Of a stretch of DNA of 64,000 bases, positions 38,476-50,073 are shown in pieces. The DNA is from Takakia lepidozioides (Eukaryota; Plantae; Bryophyta): positions 52,638,001 through 52,702,000 of the forward strand of contig CM060731.1 of NCBI GenBank assembly GCA_030704615.1. The letters run 5' to 3'. The translations under genes and the position numbers were made by a program. Every line of letters starts with the position of its first letter. Position 1 is the first letter of the stretch. The notes beneath the pieces are model-generated. The model worked only from the letters and a program-made list of their open reading frames with translations, made no database searches and was not told where the DNA came from.

Positions 38476-39386
38476 TGTTAGAGGACTGTCTGGGACTTAG
38501 GCACTTTTACGGGATCTATGGGGTACCCTTAATTTTTGCACAGACTGAGACCAACAGGAGCCTTAGGGGTGAGAGCAGCGCACTTTAGGGGGGGGGGGGG
38601 TTACACAACCCGTCACAGTCCGACACGGCCGACACAGCCGCCACAGCCAGACACAGCCGTCACAGCCAGTCACAGCTCGACATAGCCCGACACAACCCAA
38701 CACAGTCGCACAGCCAGTCACAGTTTCACACAGCCAGTCACAGCTTGACACAACTGTCACGACCATAGGGAACGGATAGCAGAATAGGGAACGACTGTGG
38801 GGAACAACATTTGCGAATGAAACATGTTAGTTCACGGATGACGGTTAGTGAGGGAAACGGTTAGAACCACGGAAAGGAAGATAAAGCGAGGAGTGGGGAC
38901 TGGAGGAGCATCACTTCGTGGGGATCAGAACTTGGAAATGAAGCGGAGAGCGCATCTCTGAGGAGAAAGAGGGAGAGCACGGAGTAGGAGGAAAACGATC
39001 TGTTGATACTGGCTGAATGCAAGAAGTAGAGTTGTAATGTAGAGCAGAATAGAGACACCATGGCTTCAGCCTGATACTTGATAGATATTAATCTGATACA
39101 TACTTCATACTCACACTGTGTAGAGAGACTTGAGTGAAGCTGTGGAATGAATGGATGGAATCCGATAGATTGCTGAAGCAAGCTGATACTTAAATACCAA
39201 CAGTAAGGTAACTAGCTAACATGAATGCGGGAAGGAAAACAAATAGGAAACACCCCCATGATACACTAGCTGTAGGTCATGACTGATTGTTCTGAGCGGG
39301 CTGAGTGCTTAGAGATTTCCAACTCTTCTATCTTGGAGTTCCCGCCTCGGATAGCGAAGGGATGGGTGAGTAAAAGCCGCGCGACA
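38476..39386 (+). repeat. A1 3' LTR (911 bp), preceded by PPT gagaggggaagggg
   Basis: TG...CA termini; near-identical to 14528-15434. Confidence 0.96.
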
Positions 39387-40583
39387 GGAACGTGAAGCCA
39401 ACATGCTAGAGAGGCGATTTGGAACCGCATCTGTTTGTGACGTTACGTTCAAATGGCGATGTGCATTTTAGTGTTTGTTGATCGCGGACAACATCAAAAG
39501 CAAGCCTCATACTGCGGAATGACAGACGAACAAATGATGCATTCAGGGGATAGGCAAATTCATGCAAATCATAGATTTCACTCATGACAGTGATGCAAAA
39601 CATTGCTCAACAAAAGTCTTTGACCAGTGACCAAGAACACCAACAAAATATGAAATCCAAGACACTCTAACATATTGCCTTGTGCAATCTGCACTGTAGC
39701 AGGCCGTCCCGGAGCTCCACGCCGTGTGGTACTGGAATAGAAGCTTCGCAATACGGGCTGTTCCGATCCACCCACTTTGCCATGGGGGGGTGTTCTAAGA
39801 ATGGGAGAGCCCATGAAGAAAGCTTCTTGTATGATAAAACAACTGAGATCACAGCTCATGTTCTTCTCTCTAATGTACATATCCCCAATGACCTGCCCCA
39901 AGCTAGAACAGCAGCAGGATGACATCAGGGAATAATGATGTGGTGCAAGGCATGGGGGCACCAGCAGTGTAGTGCTGAATGTACTGCATCCTGCTCGAGC
40001 CATTCACAGATGGGGGACTGTACAAGTGAGTCAGATGGTGTTAGCTGGGGCATGAGAGAAATTGCCCATAAAATGCATCTACGCAAAGAACCCATTCAAC
40101 CAGCCAGAGCATCATCTATGCGGATTGCCGGATTCTTTTGGGGAAAAATGCAAACATGATAAGTAGGGACCAAGCTTAAAAGCACTCCACTGGTATTCAA
40201 TGGTCCATAAACACGAGCCTGCCCAATATAAGACCCACAAAATCACTGAGGCAATTATGTAATGTAAACAGGAAGGCACATGCACTTTGTCAACAATGTA
40301 CCCAAAGGCAGAACTGATGTGTAAATCTGCACGCCGTTCCAAAGTCTATAGTGACATAAATGTCATGTCACGTTGCCAGACAGACACGCCATGTAAGTTG
40401 GACACCTCCAACACCCTGCTACAAGGACACCCCCAAGGGCAACCCTTAGTGCCAGTCTTATGAATCCCACATTATTCATGAATCAACCGGGATTACATAT
40501 TGAATTTTGCCCAATACCACCCTTCATATACTTGAGATAGAGAAAGACAGTTGGGGGGGGGAAGTCGTACCTCATTCTAGGTA

Positions 40584-43500
40584 CTAGTACACATCCACAT
40601 CAACCAACTCCTCATCATTGGACTCTGAATCTCCATCGCAACTGTCCTCAGTGGGACATGGATGTGCTTCCTCAGATCGCATGTCTCTGTAAAGTGAAGC
40701 AACCTCTTCAGGTGTCACTTGGATGGTCTGGCCCACCCTGTCAGCAGCAACATTCGTCTCTTCAATGTGATTGGGGGCTAAGAGGCCTGATACACTTGCA
40801 ATATCATCGTTGCAAATGCTCACATCACAAACAGCCCTGCGTGACCTGGGGTTTTTTTCCAGCACCACGTTCCATCTCGGTTCATTCACACACTCAGAGA
40901 AAAAACTTGCTCGACCTGTGATGGGAGCACAAAAGGCTGTTCAAGTGGAGGCAACAAGTGGGAGAAATTCACCAATGTGAAGCCAGAGTCATCCTGCTTC
41001 ATTGACACAGGCTGAGAGCCCACACGTCGTGCACGCACCCATGAACACAAATAGCACCGTGGTGTGTGTGGAGCCATAATCCAATTCTAAAATCTCCTTT
41101 ATGACACCCACATACCGTACGCTTTCCACCACCTGCTCACCTGAAATGCAAGTACAGTCATGCTGGAAAACAGTAGAGACCCCCGAGTCATATGTCACAA
41201 AGGGGCTGTTGAGTCCATCTGAAGTAACCCTGAAGTGGTTTCCATAAGCCGACATGCTCTTGTATGATGTTGCGATTAATGATGGGGGTTTGGACATGTC
41301 CAACAATTCCTTGCATGCTGAATCAGTAGCATGGTTGGCAACACTTGACACATGCTGGCAGACTGCTTTTACCAGCCATTCTGCAAAGTGAGGGAGAGCA
41401 CGGATCCTATTCTGGTTAGCAGCATTTTCAGTCTCCAACCTGGATTTCTCCACCTCATAGGTCCTGCCAACACACGCACAACCACATCAATTTATCTAGT
41501 GCAACCCCTGCAGCCGATGGAAGAACTATTGCACACACACCTATACAAAGCATACGCATGCATAGCAGGTACCAGAAGCTGTGACATACACTCACGTTTG
41601 CCACTTACCCCAACATAATGCTCAAACTGGGATGGTTGTGAATGATGTAGTCATGGACAAGCTACAACAATTCGATGGTCAACCTGCGTGGTCGACCAAC
41701 TCCTTCCAACACCTAGCCCGACACTGATTCCTCCTCTCCTGCATCCCACACTCTCCGCCTAGTAGCATCAACAGAAGACAAGTACTTTGTACAAAATCCC
41801 AATGCCTCGTCAATCACGTAGCCCTCCGCCATACTGCCCTCAGGCTTCGCCAAGTTTCGCACATACCCTTTAAAATCCTTCATTGCTCTCTCCACCGGGT
41901 ACATCCACCGAGAAGCTACAGGTCCACACAAATCCAGCTCATCCACCAAGTGGATAAGTAAATGTGTCATAACATCAAAAAATGAGGGTGGGAACTCTTT
42001 CTCCAGAAGACAAAGAGTCACTGCCACCTCCTTCTTCAATTCCTCATGCTCGGTAGGATCAATCAATTTTGCACAAAGCTTGCGAAACACACGAGACACT
42101 CTTAGTATGGCATTGCGAACCCCAAGCGCCATCAACCCACGTAGAGCAAGTGGGAGGATCTGTTGCATTAGCACGTGATAATCATGTGACTTCAATTGGC
42201 TCAACTTTTGTTTGACCACATGTTTTTTGAAAGCAGAGGCATAGCCAGTGGGTACTTTCAGATTCGTGATAATCTCCAAGAACACCCGTTGCTCTGGTTT
42301 TGTGAGCACATATGGCGCATCAGGCATTACCAATGTATCCACTCTGGTGGGATGGCGTCATAACCAAAGAGGCTTTTGAATGCCCTGCAATTCCAGATCG
42401 CGGCGAACTTTCATCGTGTCCTTTTCCCCGAAAAGAGTCTTCATTATGTTCTCCGTCACGTTCTTCTCGCAATGCATGGTATCAAAAGTGTGGCGGATGA
42501 TAAGATGCTGCACCATGTGGTCTAACAAATTAGGTACATTGCAATGTAGTCATGAATGATGTTAACAACACAAGTTCAGTAAACAAACAATCATGCACAA
42601 TGAAAACCAATGCACTGTTATGTTCCCAAAACACAGGTGTGGTAATCGCACCTCCCAGTAAGGCAAGTCAAACAGAATGGACAATCGTTTTACGCCATGG
42701 AGCTTGGAGGGATCGTTCTGTGCGCCTACAGTCCCACCATCATCAATCCATTGTTTGTAATGTCGTGCACGCTCCTTGATTTCGGTGGCTGTCACTGTAT
42801 GTGGAGCAGGTCACATGTCTCGCGCCCCATTAAAAAGTCTGGATCTTCTATAGGCATGATTGTGGGGAAGATACCGTCGATGCCCCTGGAATATCAATTT
42901 CTTGCAAGCTGGGGAATATCTGGAATCGACTTGAGGGCCACATGCTGGACAAGCAGAGTACCCTTGGTGAACCTGACTTGATAACAAGCCATAGGCGGGG
43001 AAGTCATGTATGGACCACATGAGGACTGCACGCATGGTAAAAGCCCGCTCTCCTTCAATGGCTGCCACATCCACGGCTGCAACTCCCACCCACAATGTCG
43101 TTAGCTCCTCCACTAGTGGTTGCAGGTAAACATCCACATTTTCACTTGTCACAGATTCCTTTCCAGGAATGAGGAGTGTTAACATGACAAAAAAAATCTT
43201 CGTTACCAACCATGGAGGTAGATTATAATTGAGCACCATGATAGGCCAGGTGGACCAACTTGCGCATTTTGTGCCATAAGGATTGACCCCATCCAGTGCC
43301 AATCCAAGACGCAGATTTCTTGGATTTGAAGCAAAATCCGGCCATGTGTTGTCAATATGGCACCAAGCCTTACTGTCTGCAGCATGCCGGACCATGCCAT
43401 CTGCACTTCTATGATTGTTGTGCCACTTCATGAGCTTTGCCAGCGTCTTAACTCGGAACATCCGTTTCAATCTAGGTATGAGAGGAAAGTATCACAGCAC

Positions 43501-43830
43501 CTTCTTGGGCACCTTCCCACGGCCGTCCATGTATTGAGGACTGTGGCACTTGGGGCAATTTGCAGCCTTTTCCAGGTCTCCACGAAACAATACACATCCA
43601 GGCTCACAGGCATGGATCTGTTTGTATCCTAGACCCATCATGGCGATCATATTTTTGGCCTCATACTGCGATTTGGGCAAGGTGTTTTGTTTGGGCAAAA
43701 TCTCCAGCCTCAACAATGAAAATAACTCATCCACAAATGCGTTGGTACATCTGTGAGTGGCGCAAGAATTGAGCAACATCAATGTGGCAGTCAATCGGGG
43801 GGCTGCTATTTCATGAGCGGCAGGAGCATG
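40584..43830 (-). pseudogene. CACTA/EnSpm transposase of CACTA-2 (Transposase_21, DUF4218, DUF4216-like), decayed
   Basis: YKQIHACEPGCVLF, LGLALDGVNPY..STWPIMVLNYNLPPW, DFPAYG, LKSHDYHVLMQ, FPPSFFDVMTHLLIHLVDE..GPVASRWMYPVER, QPFVLPSQVEQVF. Confidence 0.93.
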
Positions 43831-43951
43831 AGCGGAAAAAAAAAAAAGCATGAGCAGACCATTGTGAGTCCACGGAAATAGGGTTAGGAGGCACGGAAAT
43901 AGGGTCATGTGAAGTTGGAATGTGGCACCAGTGGACTTGAAATGCAACATT

Positions 43952-45280
43952 TTATTGCAAATTTTGTGGCAAGCCACGTCTATACAAGTGTGTTCTAACT
44001 GTCATAGCCGGAATGGGCACTACTCTCCTACACCCTCCGGACAAGTGCTGGAAAAGAGGATCACTAGCAATCGATCTCTCGAACTCCTCATTTCGCGTTT
44101 GCCAATGGGGACCCCATTTGTCCACCTCATCGGAAGTGTGGGCACGGGAAGCTCCGTGGTTGTTCTCAATGGAAACGTAAAACGCGGCAGACCCCATTTG
44201 ATATCCATCCCGGAAAGAGAATTTCAGCTTGTCGATATCGCCTGGGAGGGCAGGTCTCACCACCTGCAATGACACCAAGCGGCAAAGGGGAATTCGAAGC
44301 TTGGCCGGGTACACCATGCCCCCCAGCACCCTGCCAATGTTGCTGTGGGTTGCCTCCAACATCTTGGCAGCGGCCAACTTCATATCCGCCTCGGACATGA
44401 CGTCTGCTGCAGAGGGGTTTTCCGGCAGCCCACCAGGACCGCCAAATCCAGCCTGTATGCTCCGGGTTTGGGGCCTGGGGATGTCCGGGAGGATGTCATC
44501 CTGGTCAGAAAGCTCCCTGTCGTCCTCCTCAACAGGGTCAGCCACCTGCGAAACCACCTCCAGCACTCTCCCCGTCTCTACTGCCCTCTCCTTGGCTTCA
44601 CCTCGAACTTGCACAATCCGTGCTCTTTCTGGTGTTCTTTCCTCTCCTCCACTCTCCACCATATGGGTAATTGCAGGGGCTGCTCTTGCCCGCGATGGTC
44701 TAACTGGTGTGTTACTGCCTCTCTGTGGTGTCTTGGAGGGATCCACCGTCTCTGTGCGTCCCTCGCTTACATTGGCATCTGTCATTTGGGCACCCCTGGC
44801 CTCTTCAGTGGCCTTTTCTCTTTCCTCCTGGCTAGCATTATGTCTCGTCTGTTCTTTTGCCCTCTCTTTTGCCCTCTCACGGGCTTTCTGTTTCTTACTA
44901 GGGCTAGCAGCAGGGGAGCCCTCCAAGACGACCACCTTTGATTGAGGCGAACTGACACCCTCGCGCGCACTGCTCACTCCCCTCTCCGCAGCCCGTGACG
45001 GCTCTCTCGCCGGGGATTGCATGTGCTTAGCTTTCTTCTTTTTCTTTGCGTGAGCGGGCCCTACTGCATGTGCATGAACAACCTCCATTGCCGAATCTGC
45101 TGTCCTCATGTCCTCACGCCCTTCACCTGCCATGCCGCCTGCACCAACCTCCCCAATGCCTATTCTGTCGTACTCTTGTTGCAAATCCTCCCGTCCACCA
45201 ACAAAAGGTTTAAGTTTGCCCTCTCGCCCCAAGTTGGGCGATTCAAACATGCGATGAGTTGGAGCTGTCGATGATACCAC
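43952..45280 (-). CDS. Transposon-associated ORF: low-complexity N-terminus plus a truncated ParB/Srx-like domain
   Basis: 442-aa ORF. Globular segment LRIPLCRLVSLQVVRPALPGDIDKLKFSFRDGY..FYVS. The ParB-like assignment is by eye only. Confidence 0.45.
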   Translation of the reverse strand: MVSSTAPTHRMFESPNLGREGKLKPFVGGREDLQQEYDRIGIGEVGAGGMAGEGREDMRTADSAMEVVHAHAVGPAHAKKKKKAKHMQSPAREPSRAAERGVSSAREGVSSPQSKVVVLEGSPAASPSKKQKARERAKERAKEQTRHNASQEEREKATEEARGAQMTDANVSEGRTETVDPSKTPQRGSNTPVRPSRARAAPAITHMVESGGEERTPERARIVQVRGEAKERAVETGRVLEVVSQVADPVEEDDRELSDQDDILPDIPRPQTRSIQAGFGGPGGLPENPSAADVMSEADMKLAAAKMLEATHSNIGRVLGGMVYPAKLRIPLCRLVSLQVVRPALPGDIDKLKFSFRDGYQMGSAAFYVSIENNHGASRAHTSDEVDKWGPHWQTRNEEFERSIASDPLFQHLSGGCRRVVPIPAMTVRTHLYRRGLPQNLQ

Positions 45281-46029
45281 CAGCGTGCCGGGCTCGTCGT
45301 CACTCTGTCATTCCCCAAAATCGTGAAAACCAACATCGGTGCAAAAACCAGCATCGCAACGAGCAGCGCAACCACCATAGCAACAATCGTGTAACAAAAA
45401 TGAAAACATAACAAGTTTAGGAAGTATGGAGAGCCATGCAACAACAATGAAAACAAATGCAACCATTGCCTGAGAATGACATGCACAAGCAGCCTTCTCC
45501 AGAGCTGCCGGATTTGCACACGCATTGCAAACAATCTAAGGTTCACTCAACTATCTAAAGTTCACTCATCCAACGAAGCCAGGATGAAGATGCAAAAACA
45601 AAGCGAGGCAACAAAGCGAAAGCAAAAAAGAAATCGAACAAAGCGAAAGCAGAAGTGGCTTGCCTGAGAGTACTCGGCTTCAGTTGGCGCGGGTTGTGAG
45701 CAAGACACTGGAATCTCCTGCTGGAGCTTCAGTTTGGCCATGCGAGAGATTGGCCGTCGTCCGTAGTACAGAGCTTTCAACTTCCGCCGCGGTTTGGATG
45801 TGAGGTCTCTCTCAGGAGAGCCACGCCCTTCAGGCGGCATAAGTCCCAGCCAAAATGGAAAAAGATCTCCGTTTTTGGGGTACATGCCTCGAATAGCATG
45901 TTAAGCCAAGATTAGCATCAGATTTAGAGTACGTATCCGGGAAGCCATGTGTCGCCAGCCCGAATGAAAACGGATGGCGGTGGACATTTATTGCCCAACT
46001 GCGCAATTAAATGTCGGATGAAGCCCTCC

Positions 46030-47225
46030 ATGTCGGATGAAAATCGACGGAACTCGGCCCGGAATTTCCAACGTAGAGGTAATTCGGAGCGCTGCAGGAT
46101 GGAAATCCGGCGCCGGATTTCCATCCTGCAGGTAATTCGGAGCGCAGCAGGATGGAAATTCAGCGCCGAATTTCCATCCTGCAAGGTAGGGCGGCGCACG
46201 AAATTTCCCTCACGCAGGTAATTCGGAAGCGGATGGATGCAAATCCGGCGCCGGATTTCCATCCGCGAAGGTAGGGCGGCGCGCCAAATTTCCCTCACGC
46301 AGGTAATTCAGAAGCGGATGGATGGAAATCCGGCGCCGGATTTCCATCCGCGCAGGTAGGGCGGCGCTCCAAATTTCCCTGACACAGGTAATTCCGAAGC
46401 GGATGGATGGAAATCCGGCACGGAATTTCCATCGAGCAGGTAAGTGGAATTCCTTGCGAATGGAAATTCGGCGCCGAATATCCATACGCCAGCGATCCGA
46501 CTTACCTGCTGGATGGAAATTCGGCGCCGGATTTCCATCCATCCGGGACTCCACTTACCTGCTTGATGGAAATTCTGCGCCGGATTTCCATCCATCCGGG
46601 ATTCCACTTACCTACTGGATGGAAATTCGGCGCCGAATCTCAATCCAGGGGATGCTCTCTGTCGAACACGTGCCGGCCTCTACGCCCGAGGCGACTTCAT
46701 TCGGGCGTCCCCTGTTGGATATTCGGTGCCGAATTTCCGTCCGGGGGTTGAAATGTGACGGCGAGGTGCCGGCCTCTCCCCCCTCCCCGACTGCATCCGA
46801 ACCGCCCCGGATGGAAATTCGGCGCCGAATCTCCATCCAGGGGATGTTCTCTATCACACACTCGCCGGCCTCTGCGCCCGAGGCGACTTCATCCGGGCTT
46901 CCCCTGTTGTATATTCGGTGCCGAATTTCCGTCCGGGGGTTGTAATGTGAGGGCCAGATGGCGGCCTTTCCCCCGAGCCGACTACATCCGAAAGGCCTCG
47001 GATGGAAATTCGGCGCCGTTTTTCCATCCGCGTAGGTTTTTATGTCGGCCAGTTTTCGGCCTGACCCCCCGACAGGACTTCCTTTGCGGGGATCCGAATG
47101 GAAATTCGGCGCTGAATTTCCGTCCGGGGGATATTCTCTGTCGGACAGGTGCCGGCATCTCTGCCCCAGACGACTTCATCCGTGCGCCCCTGTTGGATAT
47201 TGGGTGCCGAATTTCCATTCGGGGG
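46030..47225. repeat. Array of ~15 GC-cored palindromes (GGATGGAAAT(T/C)CGGCGCCG(G/A)ATTTCCATCC)
   Basis: Example: perfect 40-bp palindrome at 46092-46131. Units recur every ~50-100 bp with higher-order duplicated spacers. Confidence 0.92.
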
Positions 47226-47611
47226 GTAGTAATGTGACGGCACGGTGCCGGCTTCTCCGGGGCCTTCAGCCGTCATCATCCATCCGGCCCCCCACTTTCT
47301 GACTGCATACCGTTGGCAGTTATTGCGCAAAGACCAGGGCCGCATTCCGGAGACAAGGTTCATTAACACTCTGACTGTGGATTTTTGAGATGTTGGCTCC
47401 CTGGATTTGGATCAAGCTTCGTCGCTCGGACAAATCGGCACCGCATTCCTTCCCATCGCTGCATCCCCCTTCTACCAGGGAGCTTCCCCGCACGCCATCC
47501 TGGCAGTCTTGTGTGCACATCTCCATGGCGGGAAAACCCGAGCGCTATAGTGTACTGCCCTCCTCACGAGCATAGAGCTTCATTTCCGTGCAGAGGGGAC
47601 ATCTGCCGAGT

Positions 47612-49573
47612 GATGGAGAAATATCTGTGCGTTCGATACCACCTGAAACCGGGGTCGGTTTTTTTGGAGGAGGAAAGGAAGGACTCACACGGCCTTGTTG
47701 TCGAGAGTATTGTTGTGCTCCACGATGATTTCGGCGATGGCAGGGAATGGCGAGTTCCACCATCGGACAACGTCATATACAGGGCTGTTGGGGACTTCAT
47801 TTGCCCGCCAAATGCACCTTCTATCCTTGCGCCTTCCACGAAACAATCAGCGAATCAGAGAGTGGCTACCTCAAAGAGAGAAGTCCGCAACGAAGTAAAT
47901 CCAGAGCCGAACCCATCCATGAAGACGAGCGAGAACCGGGTGGTTCACAACCTGTCCGACTCAGACGAGGTCATGGAAGTTCCGAGGTCGTCTTGGAGAT
48001 CAGGCAAGTCCTCAATGGACGTCAGTGGAGGAGGGAGTCATATTCCCAGCACGACCACCGCAGTTCGGTCTATTCTTGAAATTCTACGAGGGCTTCACCT
48101 GGAGGGACACCGGTCGGAGCTGGCCGGTCTGGACTACAGCAAGTTCGCAATTAAATCGGTTACATGCCTTCCCGCCGACGTCGACGGTAATATCTTCTTT
48201 GAGTTCCCTCCTCGGGCGGACTACTCGAGGGCGTCCGGAATGTTGACAGATATGGATAGAAAACATGACGGTCATCCTTGGTGCATTACCAAAACCACCA
48301 GCATGAAGATGCTCGATGGTGTGCGGGTGCGCTACGTTGTTTGTGCGGCGCGTTGCGGTGTTTCTCCCCAACTTGCTTCCACTTTAAATCCAGAGGTCAC
48401 AGGAACGAAACCGATTGGACAGGCACAGCTCATCAACCATTTCGAGCTCAGGAGAAGGTTCCGAACTCCACATTTAAGTGTGCGCATTACAAAGAACCAC
48501 CACACTGCATGTCTGTTTGTAATGCCAAGCAGTTCTATGTGTTGCACCATTTTCCTGACCTCACCCGAGCTTGCATACACGTTGGTTCCCATTGTCACAA
48601 ATTGGCGAGGGGGAACTCGCGGGAGGTTGCCCACGAGGCAGAGCAGCTCGTTCAGGAGGAGGTTAAGTTGAGACCGGGTGCCAAACCCAAACAGATACAG
48701 CTCCAAGCCGCCCATAAGATGGCATTGGCCAGAATTATGTCGGAAGACGGCTCCGATAGAGTTCCTCTCGATGAGAAGGAAATGGAGGCATTGCTGGAGT
48801 CGGTGTCCCACGTATGTTCACCGAATGTCCGAAAAACATTGTCTCATGCAAACAGAAAATTGGGCGTGGCTCGGATATGCACTCCATTCTGGAGGTGAAG
48901 CGACGATGTGGATATGACTACATTCATGGAAGTAGGTTTCCAGGACAAGGGACTGAGGCAGATCGTTGTTCGTATTCAAAATGTCCACGTGTGGACCTGG
49001 CAGCGGCATCGAATTGGTCGACAGGATGACGAGTGGGGACTTGTCAAATAGTTGGGTCATGTTCGACCATATCAAGCGAATTACAAATCACCAGTGGGTG
49101 ACAATGGGTGCACATGTCTAGACACCCACTGCAGGATAGGAGCTAATGACAATTGCTATTTGTGAGATGAAAGGAGAGGACACACAATCGGAGATGCTTC
49201 TTTGGAGGGAAAAAAACGAACAGATGGCCAAGGCGGATTGGGGGCCCCCTCCCAATTTCCGTGGTTTCATGGCGGAACAACGCACAAGCAAATTGGGGCT
49301 GCCATCCGACGGGTGGTGTACGGGCAAGTCCCAATGTTCCCATGGAAGGCATAGGACGAGATTTGTGGGTTCCATTTTTGCAGAGCCTTTCGCAGTACAC
49401 AACCAGGCTCGTGGTGCCAGTTTCAGAGAGGAGCACCGTTCCATGTGCCTTGCGTGAAGCGCGCTCCAACCTTGGATGATGCAAGAGACATAGGTGGAAT
49501 GCTATACGGGCTGGTGGACATCGTCAGGGCTGTAAGGAAATAGACAAGGGGGAGCATGAGTCAAGTTGGCTAG
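47612..49573 (+). pseudogene. Probable MULE-related DDE transposase with a Cys/His-rich N-terminal domain, frameshifted, runs into the gap
   Basis: DGHPWCITKTT..., C..C...RACIHVGSHCH, FPGQG..FKMS, WVMFDHIKR..WVTMGAHV, LMTIAICEMKGED, NFRGFMA..AQANW. Confidence 0.6.
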
Positions 49574-50073
49574 NNNNNNNNNNNNNNNNNNNNNNNNNNN
49601 NNNNNNNNNNNNNNNNNNNNNNNNNNNNNNNNNNNNNNNNNNNNNNNNNNNNNNNNNNNNNNNNNNNNNNNNNNNNNNNNNNNNNNNNNNNNNNNNNNNN
49701 NNNNNNNNNNNNNNNNNNNNNNNNNNNNNNNNNNNNNNNNNNNNNNNNNNNNNNNNNNNNNNNNNNNNNNNNNNNNNNNNNNNNNNNNNNNNNNNNNNNN
49801 NNNNNNNNNNNNNNNNNNNNNNNNNNNNNNNNNNNNNNNNNNNNNNNNNNNNNNNNNNNNNNNNNNNNNNNNNNNNNNNNNNNNNNNNNNNNNNNNNNNN
49901 NNNNNNNNNNNNNNNNNNNNNNNNNNNNNNNNNNNNNNNNNNNNNNNNNNNNNNNNNNNNNNNNNNNNNNNNNNNNNNNNNNNNNNNNNNNNNNNNNNNN
50001 NNNNNNNNNNNNNNNNNNNNNNNNNNNNNNNNNNNNNNNNNNNNNNNNNNNNNNNNNNNNNNNNNNNNNNNNN
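49574..50073. other. Assembly gap (500 N)
   Basis: Run of N. Confidence 1.

Larger units (their letters stand above)
14528..39386 (+). mobile_element. Ty3/Gypsy LTR retrotransposon family A, copy A1 (both LTRs present, nested insertions inside)
   Basis: LTR pair 14528-15434 and 38476-39386; 5-bp TSD GGAAC (14523-14527 and 39387-39391); PBS and PPT; domain order gag-PR-RT-RH-INT. Confidence 0.97.

Noticed and set aside
46030-47225. CRISPR-like appearance of palindromic repeats with spacers
   Set aside because: Eukaryotic TE context, spacers are themselves repeated and irregular in length, and there are no cas genes.
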